Source: Mobula hypostoma
Taxonomy: Eukaryota
Assembly (NCBI RefSeq): GCF_963921235.1
Contig: NC_086109.1
Coordinates: 7,690,001 to 7,754,000, forward strand
Length of the DNA: 64,000 nucleotides
Direction of reading: 5' to 3'
Under the pieces are notes generated by a model. The model had not been told where the DNA came from. It saw only the letters and a list, made by a program, of their open reading frames with translations, and did no database searches. The position numbers and the translations under genes are program-made. Shown piece by piece: positions 37,094-50,856 of this stretch (positions within the stretch are counted from its first letter, which is position 1; every line of letters begins with the position of its first letter).

Positions 37094-38473
37094 GTTCAAG
37101 TTTATTATTATTATCAGCATACATAAACAGGGTATATGATACATGCCAGGAATTTTAGTTTTTAATAGCATAATACTTTACAAAATTATGACAAATATGA
37201 GTTAACTCCTTGATCAAAAAGTAGTGGGTACAGCTCAGACCGTTACAGGTAAAGCCCTCCCCACCACTGAGCACATCTACGTGCAGCGTTATCACAGGAA
37301 AGCAGCATCTATCATCAAGGAACCCCATCATCCAGGCCATGCTCTCTTCACATTTGAATCATCAGGAAGGAGGTACAGGAGCCTTGGGGCCCTCACCGCC
37401 AGGTTCAGGAACAGTTATTAACCCTCAACCATCAGGCTCTTGAACCAAAGGGGATAACTTCGCTCACCCCATTGCCACAACCAAAGGACTCACTTTCAAG
37501 GACTCTTCATCTCAAGTTCTCAGCCTTTCAGAATCAGAATCAGAATCAGGTTTACTATCACCGGCATGTGTCGTGAAATTTGTTAACTTAACGGCAGCAA
37601 GTCAATGTAATATGTAATATAGAAGAAGAGGGAAAATAATAATAAATAAATAAATAAATTATTGCTTTTTAAATTTATTATCATTATTATTATTTTGTTT
37701 TTTTTTTCTCTTTTTGTATTTGCACGGTTTGTTGCCTCTTGCATACTGGTTGTTTTCCTGTCATGTGTATGGTCTTTCATTGATTCTATTGTGTTTCTTT
37801 TTATTTATTGTGAATGCCTGCAAGAAAATGAATCTCAGGGTAGAATATGGTGACATATATATTCTTAGATAAATTTACTTTACTTTACATGACCTTAAAA
37901 TTTAACACATAACTTACACATATGCAAAACAAACAGGTAAACATTGGTTTTGGATTTTGAATTATTATTGTCAAATGTACCAAGATATAATGAAAAGCTT
38001 CCTCTCCACCATCTGATTTCTGAATGGACCACAGCTTTTTCTCTTTCTTTTTGCCGTGCTTAGTTTTTTTTATATATTTCTTATTGTAATGTATAATTTA
38101 AGGTAGATTCATAGAGTCATAGAAAAGTACAGCACAGAAACAGGCCCTTCAGCCCATCTAGTCCATGCCGAACCATTTAAACTGCCTGCTCCCATTGACC
38201 TGCACTGGGACCAGAGCCCTCCATACCCCTGCCGTCCAAACTCCTCTTAAACGTTAAAAATGAGCTTGCATGCACCGTTTGCGATGGCAGCCCGTTTCAA
38301 CTACTCGTGACCCCTTAAACCTTTCACCTTTTACCCTTAACCCATGACCTCTAGTTGTAGTCTCACCCAACCTCAGTGGGAAAAAAGCCTGCTTGCATTT
38401 ACCCTATCTATAGCCCTCATTATTTTGTATACCTCTATCAAATCTCCTCTCAATCTTCTACATCCCAAGGAAT

Positions 38474-39314
38474 TGCAGAGAGACATTGATAGGATGCAGA
38501 AGTGGGCTGAGAAGTGGCAGATGGAGTTCAACCCAGAGAAGTGTGAGGTGGTACACTTTGGAAGGACAAACTCCAAGGCAGAGTACAAAGTAAATGGCAG
38601 GATACTTGGTAGTGTGGAGAAGCAGAGGGATCTGGGGGTACATGTCCACAGATCCCTGAAAGTTGCCTCACAGGTGGATAGGGTAGTTAAGAAAGCTTAT
38701 GAGGTGTTAGCATTCATAAATTGAGGGATAGGATTTAAGAGTCGCGAGATAATGATGCAGCTCTATAAAACTCTGGTTAGGCCACACTTGGAGTACTGTG
38801 TCCAGTTCTGGTCGCCTCACTATAGGAAGGATGTGGAAGCATTGGAAAGGGTACAGAGGAGATTTACCAGGATGCTGCCTGGTTTAGAGAGTATGCATTA
38901 TGATCAGAGATTAAGGGAGCTAGGGCTTTACTCTTTGGAGAGAAGGAGGATGAGAGGAGACATGACAGAGGTGTACAAGATAATAAGAGGAATAGATAGA
39001 GTGGATAGCCAGCGCCTCTTCCCCAGGGCACCACTGCTCAATACAAGAGGACATGGCTTTAAGGTAAGGGGTGGGAAGTTCAAGGGGGATATTAGAGGAA
39101 GGTTTTTTACTCAGGGAGCCGTTGGTGCGTGGAATACACTGCCTGAGTCAGTGGTGGAGGCAGATACTCTAATGAAGTTTAAGAGACTACTAGACAGGTA
39201 TATGGAAGAATTTAAGGTGGGGGCTTATATGGGAGGCAGGGTTTGAGGGTCAGCACAACATTGTGGGCTGAAGGGCCTGTATTGTGCTGTACTATTCTAT
39301 GTTCTATGTTCTAT
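38474..39314 (+). mobile_element. Young CR1 3' fragment nested in an antisense CR1 (about 38108-38473 and 39315-39450)
   Basis: ORFs contain WQMEFNPEKC, LVRPHLEYC and WNTLP. (TTCTATG)n tail. GAAT at both flanks. Confidence 0.9.
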
Positions 39315-42300
39315 GAATAAGGTCCTAACCTATTTAACCGTTCCCTATAACTCAGGTCCTCCAGACCTGACAACATCCTTGTAAATTTTCTCTGGACTCT
39401 TTCAATCTTATTTACATCGTTCCTGTAGGTAGGTGACCAAAACTGCACACTGCTTGGCGTGAGTGGCGGGGTCTGCGATGATGGATGCTGCTTTCCTGTG
39501 ACACCATTTCGTGTGGATGTGCTCAATGGTTAGAGGTCATAGTCATAGTCATAGTCATACTTTATTGATCCCGGGGGAAATTGGTTTTCGTGCCCGATGA
39601 GTGAGAGGAGAAGAGAGAATGTCTGGTAGGTGGGGTCTTTAACTTTGCTGGCTGCTTATTGAGGCTGTGACAAGAGTAGACAAAGTTCACGGAGAGGAGG
39701 ATAGCTCCTGTCATGAGTTGAGTAGTGCTCATACTCTCTACAGTCTTGTTTGTTCATGTGCAGAGAAGTTGCCATACCAAGCTGTTACGTATCCAGAAAG
39801 ACAGAGCGCTTTCTGTGGTGCCTCGATAAGAGTCATAATGACTCTAGTACTGGATTGAGAGAGAGAAAAAAACATAGTCCAACATAGCGTAAGGGTTTTT
39901 GATGTTGGTTCAAGAACCTGGCGGCAGTGGGGAAGAAGCTATTGTTAGATCTTGTGGTGTGGGTCTTCAGGCTCCTGTACCTCCTGCCTAATGGCAGCAT
40001 CGAGAAGAGGGCCTGACAAGAGAAAGAGCTGAGTCTGTGCTCAGTTTTACTGTAATTTGCAGCTGCTGCCAAAACCCAAAAAATTGTTCATGTTTGTGTT
40101 TAACCCTGAGCATTGCCCTCAAGAGGATTGCGTACAAGAACCTTTGACTGTTGCAACATGTTGAGAAGCTTTCGGGATGAGGAACTCCTCTGCGTGCTTT
40201 CAATAAACTTTACAAATCTGACTGTTGTCATACTTTTTCCATTAAAAATGTGGCATGGTGAAAGTGATTTCTTACAGAGAGAGTGGGGGGAGCCATGGTC
40301 AGTGGTAGAGGCAGCTACATTAGGGATATTCTTAGGCGGGCACATGAACGATAGGAAAATTGAGGGCTATGTAGGAGGGAATAGTTAGATCGATCTCCAT
40401 GTAGGTCAAAAGGTGAGCACAATATTGGTGGGCTGAAGGCCCTGTACTGTGCAGTAGTATTCTAGGTTCTATGAGATGGTGAACTGGGTCTGATGGGCTG
40501 AATGGAATCCTGCTTTATTTCTTCTGTTTAAATTAAGAGGGATAATTTTTCCACAAGAATTTGGCAAGGTTGAGAAGTTTTCTTACCCAGAGAGCAGTGG
40601 GTGGTGGTGATCGACGGGCACATGACCATGAAGGGATATGGATCATGTGCGGGCGAAAGGATTAGCTCCATTTGACATCATGCTCAGTCGAGACATTGTG
40701 GACCGAATGGCCTTTTCTTGTACCATACTTTTCTATGTTATATGACTTTCAAATGCCCTTTGGAATGTAGAGATAGTAGTGCATATGCCTAGTCCATCGC
40801 AGGTAAAACCCTCCCCACCGTTGAGCACATCTACATGAAACACTGACACGGGAAAGCAGCATCCATCATCAGGGACCCCCACCACACAGGTCAGGCTCTC
40901 TTCTCGCTGCTGTCATCAGGAAGAAGGTACAGGAGCCTCAGGACTCACACCACCAGGTTCAGGAACAGATACTACCCCTCAACCATCAGGCTGTTGAACC
41001 AAAGGGGATAATTTCACTCAACTTCACTTGCCCCATCATTGTAATGTTCCCACAACCAATGGACCCGCTTCCAAGGACTCTACACGTCATGTTCTCAATA
41101 TTTATACCTTATTTATTTATTTGTTTGTTTGTTTATTTATTTATTTATTATTTTTTCCTTGTGTATTTGCACGGTTTATTGTCTTCTGCACTCTGGTTGA
41201 ATGCTCAAGTTGGGCGGTCTTTCATTATGGTTATTATTCTGTAGATGTATTGAGAATGCCCACAAGAAAATGAATCTCAAAGTTGTATATAGTGACATAA
41301 ATGTATTTTGATAATAAAATTTACTTTGAACTTTTAGAAAGTCACAGTCTGGGGGCAGTTAAATTCTGGCTTTCCCTATGGTGCCAATATCCCACAGAGC
41401 AAAATAAAAGCTTGCTGCACAAAATAATTTCTACCCGTCTCCCCACTGGTTCCTCTGTTTCCTGGGCTCTGTCCACCCGAGTTCTACAAGCAATTGGAAC
41501 CATTTCCCCTTATTATCCCCCTTCAGACTCTTGAGAAGTTTTGAACATGATGGTGATTATGCCTTCTGGAAGAAGACCAAACTGCTTACCAGAATTTCTG
41601 CAAGAAATTAATGATTGTTAAAAGTGTGGGAAAGTGGATTGTCTCAATTATGTCAGCAGTTATGTTATAAGGCTGAAGTGAAAGTTGTAGCTGATTCCTC
41701 TGGCAGCAAGTTCCAGATACTTGAGAACAAAAAGAAAATCTTCCCCTTCAGATCTCAATTAAATCTCCTTCCTCTCCCCTTAAAACCGTAAACACAAAAA
41801 TTTCTGCAGATGTTGGAAATCCAGAGCAACACACATGCAGTAAAATACTGGAGGAACTCCGCACATCAGGCAACGTCTATGGAAATGAATAAACAGCCGA
41901 TAAATCGGTATCAACCCTTCAAATTGTTTGTTTTGTTACTCTCACCATGGGAAGGAGATTTTGACTATCTGCTCTAGCTATGCTTCACATAATCTACGCA
42001 AAACAGTTTCTTCACTGCACCTCAGTGCATGTGACAAAAATAAAGCAAACTTGTATACTTTTATCGGGTGTAGCAAAAGTTACCGCAGTTTTACCTCATC
42101 TCTTGTATAGGATATTACCGAGGCCATGCTTGGATTATTGTGTCCAGTTTTTGCCCTGTTGCAGGAAAGACATCATTAAACTGGAGAGAGAGCAGAGAAA
42201 AGTCTACAGAAAGTGGAGTGTAGAGTGCAGTCCGTCACAGGGCAAGTCCTCCCCATGATTTTGCACATCTACAAGGGGTACTGACGTGAGAAAGCAGCCT

Positions 42301-42519
42301 CCATCATCAAGGACCCCACCATCCATACCCTCTTCTCGCGCTCCTGCCACCAGGATGGAAGTACTGGAGCTTCAGGTCCCAGACCACCAGGTTCAGGAAC
42401 AGTTATTACCCTTCACTCACCAGGCTGCTGAACTGGCATTGAACTGATGCCACAGCCGATGGACTCACTTTCAAGGTGGTATTTATTTACTTATTTTACA
42501 CTATTTTGAGTTTGAGTAC

Positions 42520-43363
42520 AGACAGGAAATTAAGAACCTGCCGGCATGGTGCGAAGACAATAACCTATCCCTCAATGTCAGCAAGACGAAGGAATTGGCT
42601 GTTGACTTCAGAAGGAGTAGCAGACTGCACGACCCAATTTACATCGGTGGTGCGCAAGTGGAACAGGTCAAAAGCTTTAAGTTCCTTGGACCAATATCAC
42701 AAATGACCTGACTTGGTCCAACCAAGCAGAGTCCACTGACAAGAAGGCCCACCAGCGCCTTTACTTCCTGAGAAAACTAAAGAAATTTGGCCTGTCCCCT
42801 AAAACCCTCACTAATTTTTATAGATGCACAGTAGAAAACTTTCTTCTAGGGTGCATCACAACCTGGTATGGAAGTTGTCCTGTCCAAAACAGGAAGAAGC
42901 TGCAGAAGATCGTGAACACGGCCCAGCACATCACACAAACCAATCTTCCATCCTTGGACTCACTTTACACCGCACGCTGTCGGAGCAGTGCTGCCAGGAT
43001 AATCAAGGACACGACCCACCCAGCCAACACACTTTTCGTCCCTCTTCCCTCCAGGAGAAGGCTCAGGAGCTTGAAGACTCGTACGGCCAGATTTGGGAAC
43101 AGCTTCTTTCCAACTGTGATAAGACTGCTGAACAGATCCTGACCCAGATCTGGGCCGTACCCTCCAAATATCTGGACCTGCATCTCAGTTTTTTTGCACT
43201 ACCTTACTTTCCATTTTTCTATTTTCTATTTATGATTTATAATTTAAATTTTTAATACTTACTATCGATTTGTAATCCAGGGTGCGGGAAGCGCAGAATC
43301 AAGTATCGCTATGATGATTGTACGTCCTAGTATCGATTGTTTGGCAACAATAAAGTATAAAGT
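42520..43363 (+). mobile_element. Rex1/Babar LINE 3' portion
   Basis: LSLNVSKTKEL..DFR, KKAHQRLYFLRKLKKF and ...NSFFPTVIRLLN. (TAAAGTA)n tail. Confidence 0.9.
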
Positions 43364-44043
43364 ATTTGTCTATTTGCATAGTTGATGTTCTTTTGCACAT
43401 TGGTTCTTTGTCAGTTTGTCTGTAGCTTTTCATTGATTCCATTGTGGTTCTTTGTTTTACTGTGAATGCCTGTAAGAAAATATACAGGGCATACTTTGAT
43501 AATTAACTTACTTTGAACTTTGAGAAGGTTAGCAAGCATGGCCTGAATTCAGGGCCTGAATTACAAGGAGAGGTGGGGCAGACTAGGAAAGTATCCTTGG
43601 AATGTGGAGTATAACATTATTAGAATGTAGATGGGGTTAATATTTCCAGTCTTTTCCTTAGGGAAGGGGAACTAAAAACTAGAGGGCATAGGTTTAAGGT
43701 GAGAGGTGAAAGATTAAAGGTCATGAGACTACTGAACTCCCTGCCATCACCCAGGTCTTCATCACATATGAAGTGCCAGTAGTGCTATAATGTTTATTTT
43801 TTAATGTGCGTCACAAATGCACCTTATTATTTGTTAATTTATTTGTGGTAACATTACTTTATGTGTTGTGTGTGAGTTAGAGGTCCTGTATTGTGCACTT
43901 TGGTCCAGAGGAACATTGTTTCACTTGGCAGAATATATGTATACGGTTGAATGACAATAAACTTGAACGAGTTTAAAAGGGATCTCTAGGGGCAACTTCT
44001 TCACACGGAGAGTAGAGTGTATATGGAGCGAGCTGCCAGAGGA

Positions 44044-44770
44044 TTAGAAGGACGTCCATTTAAAAAGCAGATGAGAAGGAATTTCTTTAGCTAGAAAGTG
44101 GTGAATGTGTGGAATTCATTGCCACAGGCAGCTGTGGAGGCCAAGTGATTGGCTATATCTAAGGCAGAGGTTGATAGATTCTTGATTGTTCAGGGCATGA
44201 AGGGATACGAGGAGAAGCAGGAAATTGGGGCTGAGACGAAAATAGATCAGCCATGATGAAATAGCGAAGTAGACTTAATGGGCCAAATAACCTAATTAGA
44301 CCATAAGATATAGTAGAATTAGGCCATTTGGCCCATCAAGTCTGCTCCACCATTTCATTTTCCTCTCAACCCTGATCTCCTGCCTTCTCCCCGTATTCCT
44401 TCATGCCCTGACCAATCAAGAATCTACCAACCACTGCCTTAAATATACATAAAGACTTGGCCTCCACAGCTGCAGTGGCAAAGATTTCCACAGATTACCA
44501 CTCTCTAGCTAAAGAAGTTTCTCCTCATCTTGTTCGAAAATGACTCCCCTCTATTCTGAGGCTGTGTCCTCTGATCTTGTTCTCCCCAACTATAGGATAC
44601 ATCCTCTCCACATCCAATCTATCAAGGCCTTTCAACATTCGATAGGTTTCAATAAGGTCACCTCTCTTTCTTCTGAGTTCCAGGCCCAGAGCCATCAAAC
44701 GCTCTTCATATGACAAGACACTCTTCAATCCTGGAATTCTGCTCAAGTATCTTCTGGCCTTATGGTTTGT
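44044..44770. mobile_element. Plus-strand CR1 3' end with an antisense CR1 3' end inserted in its tail
   Basis: Plus arm 44044-44297, minus copy 44298-44738, AATT at both junctions. The host tail resumes with CTGCTC. Confidence 0.8.
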
Positions 44771-45029
44771 ATTAATAACAACATTTAAAATGCATCTGGC
44801 ATATGGATAGGAAAGGTTGGGAGGGGTATGGGCAGATGAAATAAGCTGTTAAACACAAGTTGGTGTGGATGAATTGGCCCAAGATGCCCGCGTCCGAGCT
44901 GTATGACTGTTTTGGAAATGTCCCCCTTCCACCATTATCCCTTCAGCTTCTCTGCTCCCCTTCCCAGTTGTGATGAAGCTCGAGCTCCTTTCCTCTTCCT
45001 GCAGATGCAACCTGGCACTCTGGGATACA

Positions 45030-45905
45030 AACATAGGAAGAGGGGCAGGTAGTGTTGAGGAAGCTAGGGAGCTGCAGAAGGATTTAGACAGATTGGATGA
45101 ATGGACAAAGAGTCGGAGAGTGTGTTGTCATGCACTTTCGTAGACGGAACAAAAGCGTTGAAGATTTTCTAACCAGGCAGAAAATACGAAAATTCGAGGT
45201 TCAAACAGACTTGGGAGTCCCTGTGCAGATTTCCCTAATTTGCAGGTTGAGTCAGTGGTGAGGAAGGCAAATGCAATGTTCGTGCTCATTTTGAGTGGAC
45301 TCGATTGTAAAAGCAAGAATGTAATGCTGTGACTTTATAAGGCATTTGGTCAGACCGTATTTAGAGTATTGTGAACATTTTTGGGCTTATCCTTATCTAC
45401 AAAAGGATGTGCTGTCATTGGACAGGGTTCAGAGGAGTTTCAAGAGAACAATTCCAGGAATGAAAGGGTTATCGTCTGTGGAGTTTTTGATGGCTCTAGG
45501 CCTGTGCTCACTGGAATTTAGAAGCATGAGGGAGAATCTCATTGAAACCTATCGAAAGCTGAAAGGCCTAAACAGAGAGAATGTTTCCTACAGTGGGAAA
45601 GTCTAGCACCAGCACCAAAATAAAGGGACATCCACCTAGAATGGAGATGAGGAAGAATATTTTTAGCCAGACAGTGGTGAATCTGTGGAATTCATTACCA
45701 CAGGTGGCTGTGGAGGCCAGATAATAGGGTATATTTAAGGCGGAGGTTGATAGATTCTTGAGTAGTCCAGGTGTGAATGGTTAAGGGGAAAAAGACTGGA
45801 GATCGGGGTTGAGAGGGAAACTGAGTCAGCCATGGTGAAATGGTGGAGCAGACTCGATGGGCTGAATGGCCTAATTCTGTTCCTATGTCTTCTGGTTTTA
45901 TGGTT
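45030..45905 (+). mobile_element. Old CR1 3' fragment
   Basis: VRPYLEYC..FW and SLEFR motifs, 3' UTR, TTATGG tail. Confidence 0.82.
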
Positions 45906-46369
45906 TCTGAGTGTTTGCAGCATTATCTCTTCGCTTAAGAATGCTCAACATGGCTCAAATTGGAGCAAAGAGTGTGGCAGCGAACTGCAGTTCTTGGACT
46001 GAAAATAACTGCAGAAAATCCCCTAATCCATCATTGTCATCTTTAATTTCACAGAAGTGATTAATATGAGAGTAGAATTGCTGTAGCGGTTCCTGATTTT
46101 TCGCTGGAAATACATGCAAGACACTTACTTAAAACAGAACATTGAAGAAAGAACACGACAGCAGAATACAGACCCTTCAGCCCACAATATTATGCTGACC
46201 CTTTAACCTACTCTAAGATCAATCTAACCCTTCCCTCCCACGTAGCCCTCCATTTTTCTGTCATCTATATGCCTATCTAAAAGTTTCTTACATGTCTCTA
46301 GTGTATCTGTTTCTACCACCACCCTGGCAGTATGTTCCAAGCAGCCACCACTTGCTGTATGAAGAAGTC

Positions 46370-46925
46370 ATCAAGTCAGCTCCACCATTTCATCATGGCT
46401 GATCCACTTCCCTCTCAACCCCATCCTTCTGCCTTCTCCCCATAATCTTTCACCCCCTGACTAATCAAGGACCTATCAAACTTTGTCTTAGGTACATACA
46501 AAGACTTGGCCTCCATAGCCACCTGTGGTAATGAATTCGCCATCCTCTGGCTAAAGAAAGCCCTCCTCAGCTCCATTCTAAATGGATGTCTCTCTATTTT
46601 GAGGCTGTGCCAATCAGTACAGGCCCAGAGGCTTCAATTACTCCTCACATGATAACCCTTTCAATCCCAGGATTATTCTCATGAACCTCCTCTGAAGCCT
46701 CTCCAATATCAGCACACTCTTTCTTTAACAAGGGGCCCAAAACTGCTCACAAAGCTCCAGGTGAGGCCTCACCAATGCTTTATACATCCTCAGCATCACA
46801 TCCTTGCTTTGATATTCTAGTCCTCCTGAAACAAATGCTAACATTGCATTTGCCTTCCTCACCAGCGATTCAACCTGCATGCTAACCTTCAGGGAATCCT
46901 GCACAAGGACTCCCAGGGCCCTTTG
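46370..46925 (-). mobile_element. Old CR1 3' fragment
   Basis: GVLVQDSLKV..QVE..VRKANAMLAF...LVRPHLE.CEQFWAP. Confidence 0.82.
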
Positions 46926-47841
46926 CAGAGAAAGTGCAGTGCAGACAGACAATGAGGTGTAAGGACGTAGCACACGTAAGGGTAGATTGTGAGGTCAAGA
47001 GCCCATCTTGTCGTTCTGTGAGACTGTTCAGTTGTCTTCTAGCAATGTCCTTGAACCTGGTGGTACATGTTTTCAGGCTCAGCAGAAGAGGTAATGTCTA
47101 GGGTGGGTGAGATCTTCGAGTTTGTTGGCTGTCTTACTGAAGCAGCTAGAGTACGTTACAAGACGAGAACAAACTTTGATTAACAATTATCCACGTGGAA
47201 AATAAACAGCAAAATATATTGATACTAACAAGAGATTGAGAGATAGAAAAAATATAAACCGAGGCAGTGTTAGGGTTTCTCAGGTCAGTTCAATAACTCG
47301 ATGGCAGTGGGGAAGAAGCTGTTGTTGAATCTTGAGGCATTGAGAAGAGGGCATGGCCTGGGTGGTGGAAGTCCCTGAAGATGGATGTCGCGTTCCTGAG
47401 AAATTGCCTCCCGTAGATGTCCACGATGGTGGGGAGAGTGCTGTATCTGTGATGGAACTGGCTGTGTCTCACAATTCATTGTAGCCTCTTGCATTCCTGT
47501 GCTAAAGTCACGTTTAATCCAATACAGTCTGCGAGAGAAACAACAGGCGCTTTCAAAGGACACAAAACAAGAACACAAAGACACAATAAAATAGGAGATG
47601 GGGGTGGGGGGAGTATGTCACTTAGCTTCTCCAATCTGCTTTGTTATTCAACATGAGCATGGATGATTTTCCTCCGGTCTCCTCTCCTTCAGTTCCCTGG
47701 AGACTTCAATCTTCGAACGTTTCCAAAATGTATTGATCTTCATTTTAAATACAAAATAATCTGCAGATGCTGGGGTCAAAGCAACACTCACAACACGCTG
47801 GAGGAACTCAGCAGATCGGGCAGCATCCGTGGAAACGATCG

Positions 47842-47875
47842 GTCGACGTTTCGGGCCGGAACCCTTCGTCAGGAC
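47842..47875 (-). ncRNA. Minimal hammerhead ribozyme, intact core
   Basis: GTC CTGACGA AGGG-TTCCGG-CCC GAAAC GTC GAC. Confidence 0.8.
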
Positions 47876-48608
47876 TGTAGAGGGAAGGGGCAGAGGCCCT
47901 ATAAAGAAGGTGGGGGGAGGGTGGGAAGGACAAGGCTGGTAGGTTCCAGGTGAAAAACCAGTAAGGGGAAAGATAATTCAGGGCCACCATTCAGGGCCCC
48001 AGACAGTCCTTCCAGGTGAGGCAACACTTCACTTGTGAGTCTGTTGGGGTCATCTATTGCATCCGGTGCTCCCGGTGCGGCCTCCTCTACATCGGTGAAA
48101 CCTGACACAGATTGGGGGACCGTTTCGTCGAGCACCTCCGCTCCGTCTGCCAAAACAGACAGGATCTCCCAGTAGCCACCCACTTCAACTCTGCTTCCCA
48201 CTCCCATTCAGATATGTCCATACATGGCCTCCTCTACTGCCATGATGAGGCTAAACTCAGGTTGGAGGAGCAACACCTCATATACCGTCTAGGTAGCCTC
48301 CAACCCGTTGGTATGAACATAGAATTCTCCAACTTCCAGTAATTCCCTCCCCCTCCCTTCCCCTATCCCTATGTCACTCTGCCCCCTCCCCCAGCTGCCT
48401 ATCACCTCCCTCATGGTTCTGCCTCCTTCTACTACCTATTGTGTTTTCCCCTATTCTTTCTTCACCTTTCCTGTTTATCACCTCCCTGCCTCCCCTCCCC
48501 CACCCCTTTATCTTTCCCCTTACTGGTTTTTCACCTGGAACCTACCAGCCTTCTCCTTCCCACCCTCCCCCCACCTTCTTTACAGGGCCTCTGCCCCTTC
48601 CCTCTTCA

Positions 48609-48642
48609 GTCCTGACGAAGGGTTCCGGCCCGAAACATCGAC
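48609..48642 (+). ncRNA. Minimal hammerhead ribozyme motif (GTC>ATC at the cleavage triplet)
   Basis: GTC CTGACGA AGGG-TTCCGG-CCC GAAAC ATC GAC. Confidence 0.65.
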
Positions 48643-49169
48643 CGATCTTTTCCTCGGATGCTGTTTGATCTTCATTTTACTGGGTGGCATTGTAGCGTAG
48701 CAGTTGGCACATTGCTTTCCAGTGCCAGTGATCACCGTTCAATTCCTACCGCTTTCTATGAGGGGTTTGCATGCTCTCCCCATGTCCATAGAAACATAGA
48801 AAATAGGTACAGGAATAGGCCATTCGGCCCTTCAAGTCTGCATTGCCATTCAGTATGATCATGGCTGATCATCCAACTCAGAACCCTGTACCTGCCTTCC
48901 CTCCATACCCCCTGATCCCTTTAGCCACAAGGGCCATATCTAACCATGTGACTTTAAAATTCTAATCACCAAAGTGTGTCACTAATTTTGCTACAACCTC
49001 CTTGCTTTTACATTCTATAATCAGTAACATTCTGCAAGACGTACAAGGACGGAGCGTTCTGAATATAGAGGGGGACAGCCAATATGAAAAGTTGGAAGAA
49101 TGGTTTGGTGCAAGAGGTGGAGTTAGAGTTCCCCTCTATCTTTCAGTCCAAATGAAAGGTCTTGTGGGC

Positions 49170-49540
49170 AGAGGGGTGGAGATGTGTCTCTACCAAAGGA
49201 GGTGTAAGACTCTCCTTCCCTCCGCTAGCCTACAGGTCACCCTTGGGCAAGGTGTAGCACCTGCTTAGCCCCCCGATTAGGGTCACGTGAAACCATGGTA
49301 GCAAGATGGTCGTATGAGTAGCTGGTGCATAACACAAATTCTGGCTATGCGACCACTGACGGCAGACAATCTCTGAAGAGTATTGATAATGGCCGGGGTC
49401 ACCCATCTTGTAAAGACACTGCCCAGAAGAAGGCAATATCCAACCACTTCTGTAGAAAAATTTGCCAAGAACAGTTATGGTCATGGAAAGACGATGATCA
49501 CCCACATTATACAACACAGCACATATTGAATGAATGAATG
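49170..49540 (+). mobile_element. Family A non-autonomous RTE derivative
   Basis: Aligns with 35070-35440. (TGAA)n tail. Confidence 0.8.
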
Positions 49541-50856
49541 ATCTTGTGTCGGAACAGCAACTGTCTATTTGCCTCCATAGACGCTGCCTGGCCCTTGGAG
49601 TTCTTCTGGTACTTTGTATGTTGCTCCAGATTTTAATAATCCACAGACTCCTGTTTCTCCCTCAGTATGTCATGGGCCAAGACAACCCTGGAAGGCTGAT
49701 GGACTAAAGTATTGTTTCAACTTTGCTGATAAGTTTGTATGTAATAACTCCTTTAACACAGCAACATGTCCTGAGGGAATTGACAGGAGCATAGTTAAAC
49801 ACAGTTTGGTGTCAAACCACAGTAAGATAGATCACCAAGAACCAAACTCTAATGAAAAGAAATATGGAATACTGGAAATAGTCATGGAGGGACACAGTGC
49901 AGAAACAGGCCATCAGCCCATCAAATCTGCACTGACCATCAAATGCCATTGACACAAACCCCTACTTATTCCATCAACTGCCTCCATGCTCTACCACTTA
50001 CCTACACACTGTAGACAATTTACAGTGGCCAGTTAACCACACAACGTCATTTGTTTATTTATTGAGATACAGTGCAGAATCAGCTTTACTGGCCCTTTGA
50101 GCCATGCTGCCCAGCAATCCCCTGATTTAATCCTAGCCTAATCACGTGACAATTTACAATGATCAATTAACCTGCCGACCGATATGTCTTTGGACTGTGG
50201 GAGGAAACCAGAGCACTTCGACAAAACCCACGTGGTCATGGGTAGAAGATACAAACTCCTTCCAGGCAGTGGCGGGAATTGTACCCTGGTTGCTGGTACT
50301 GTAAACTGTTGAGCTAACCACCATGCCACCATGCCACCCTTCAGAAGGGAAATCAGAGCACCCAGAGGAAACACACATCGTCACAGGGAAGGTACAAGCT
50401 CCACCCAAAGACCATAAGACATAGGAGTAGAATAAGTCAGCTCCACCATTCCATCATGGCTGATTTATTATCCCTCTCAACCCCATTCTCCTACTATAAC
50501 CTTTGACACCCTTACTAATCAAGAACCTATCAGTCTCTGCTTTAAATATACTTAATAACTTGGCCACCACAGCCATCTGTGGCAAGGAATTCCATGGATT
50601 CACCACCCTCTAGCTAAAGAAATCCTTCCCATCTCTGTCCTAAAGGGCCGTCCTTATATTCTGAGGCTGTGCTCTCTGGTCCTAGACTCATCCACTACTG
50701 AAAACATCCTCTCTACGTCCACTCTATGTCAGCTGTTCAATATTCAAAAGGTGTCAGAGAGATTCCCTCCGCCCCCCCCCCCACCCCAATGATTCTTCTG
50801 AACTCATCAGGTTTTAGGGCAGTTTTTATCCCATTGCTATTAAGGCATTGGACTAG

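Larger units (their letters stand above)
47748..48664 (+). mobile_element. Penelope-like element: GIY-YIG domain + pLTR, preceded by an inverted tail-bearing pLTR
   Basis: FTCESVGVIYCIRCSRCGLLYIGET*HRLGDRFVEH...VATHFN...GMNIEFSNF*. Perfect 15-bp TSD TTGATCTTCATTTTA at 47733-47747 and 48665-48679. Confidence 0.93.

Noticed and set aside
36755..37124. Repetitive minus-strand ORFs
   Set aside because: They are by-products of the 40-bp minisatellite cycling through the frames.
38344..38724. 126-aa chimeric ORF or 5' inversion of one CR1
   Set aside because: It is the junction of a sense CR1 nested in an antisense CR1, which resumes at 39315.
42520..43142. ALKBH8-like or other host protein
   Set aside because: The peptide is the Rex1/Babar RT C-terminal region, repeated many times in the window with frameshifts.
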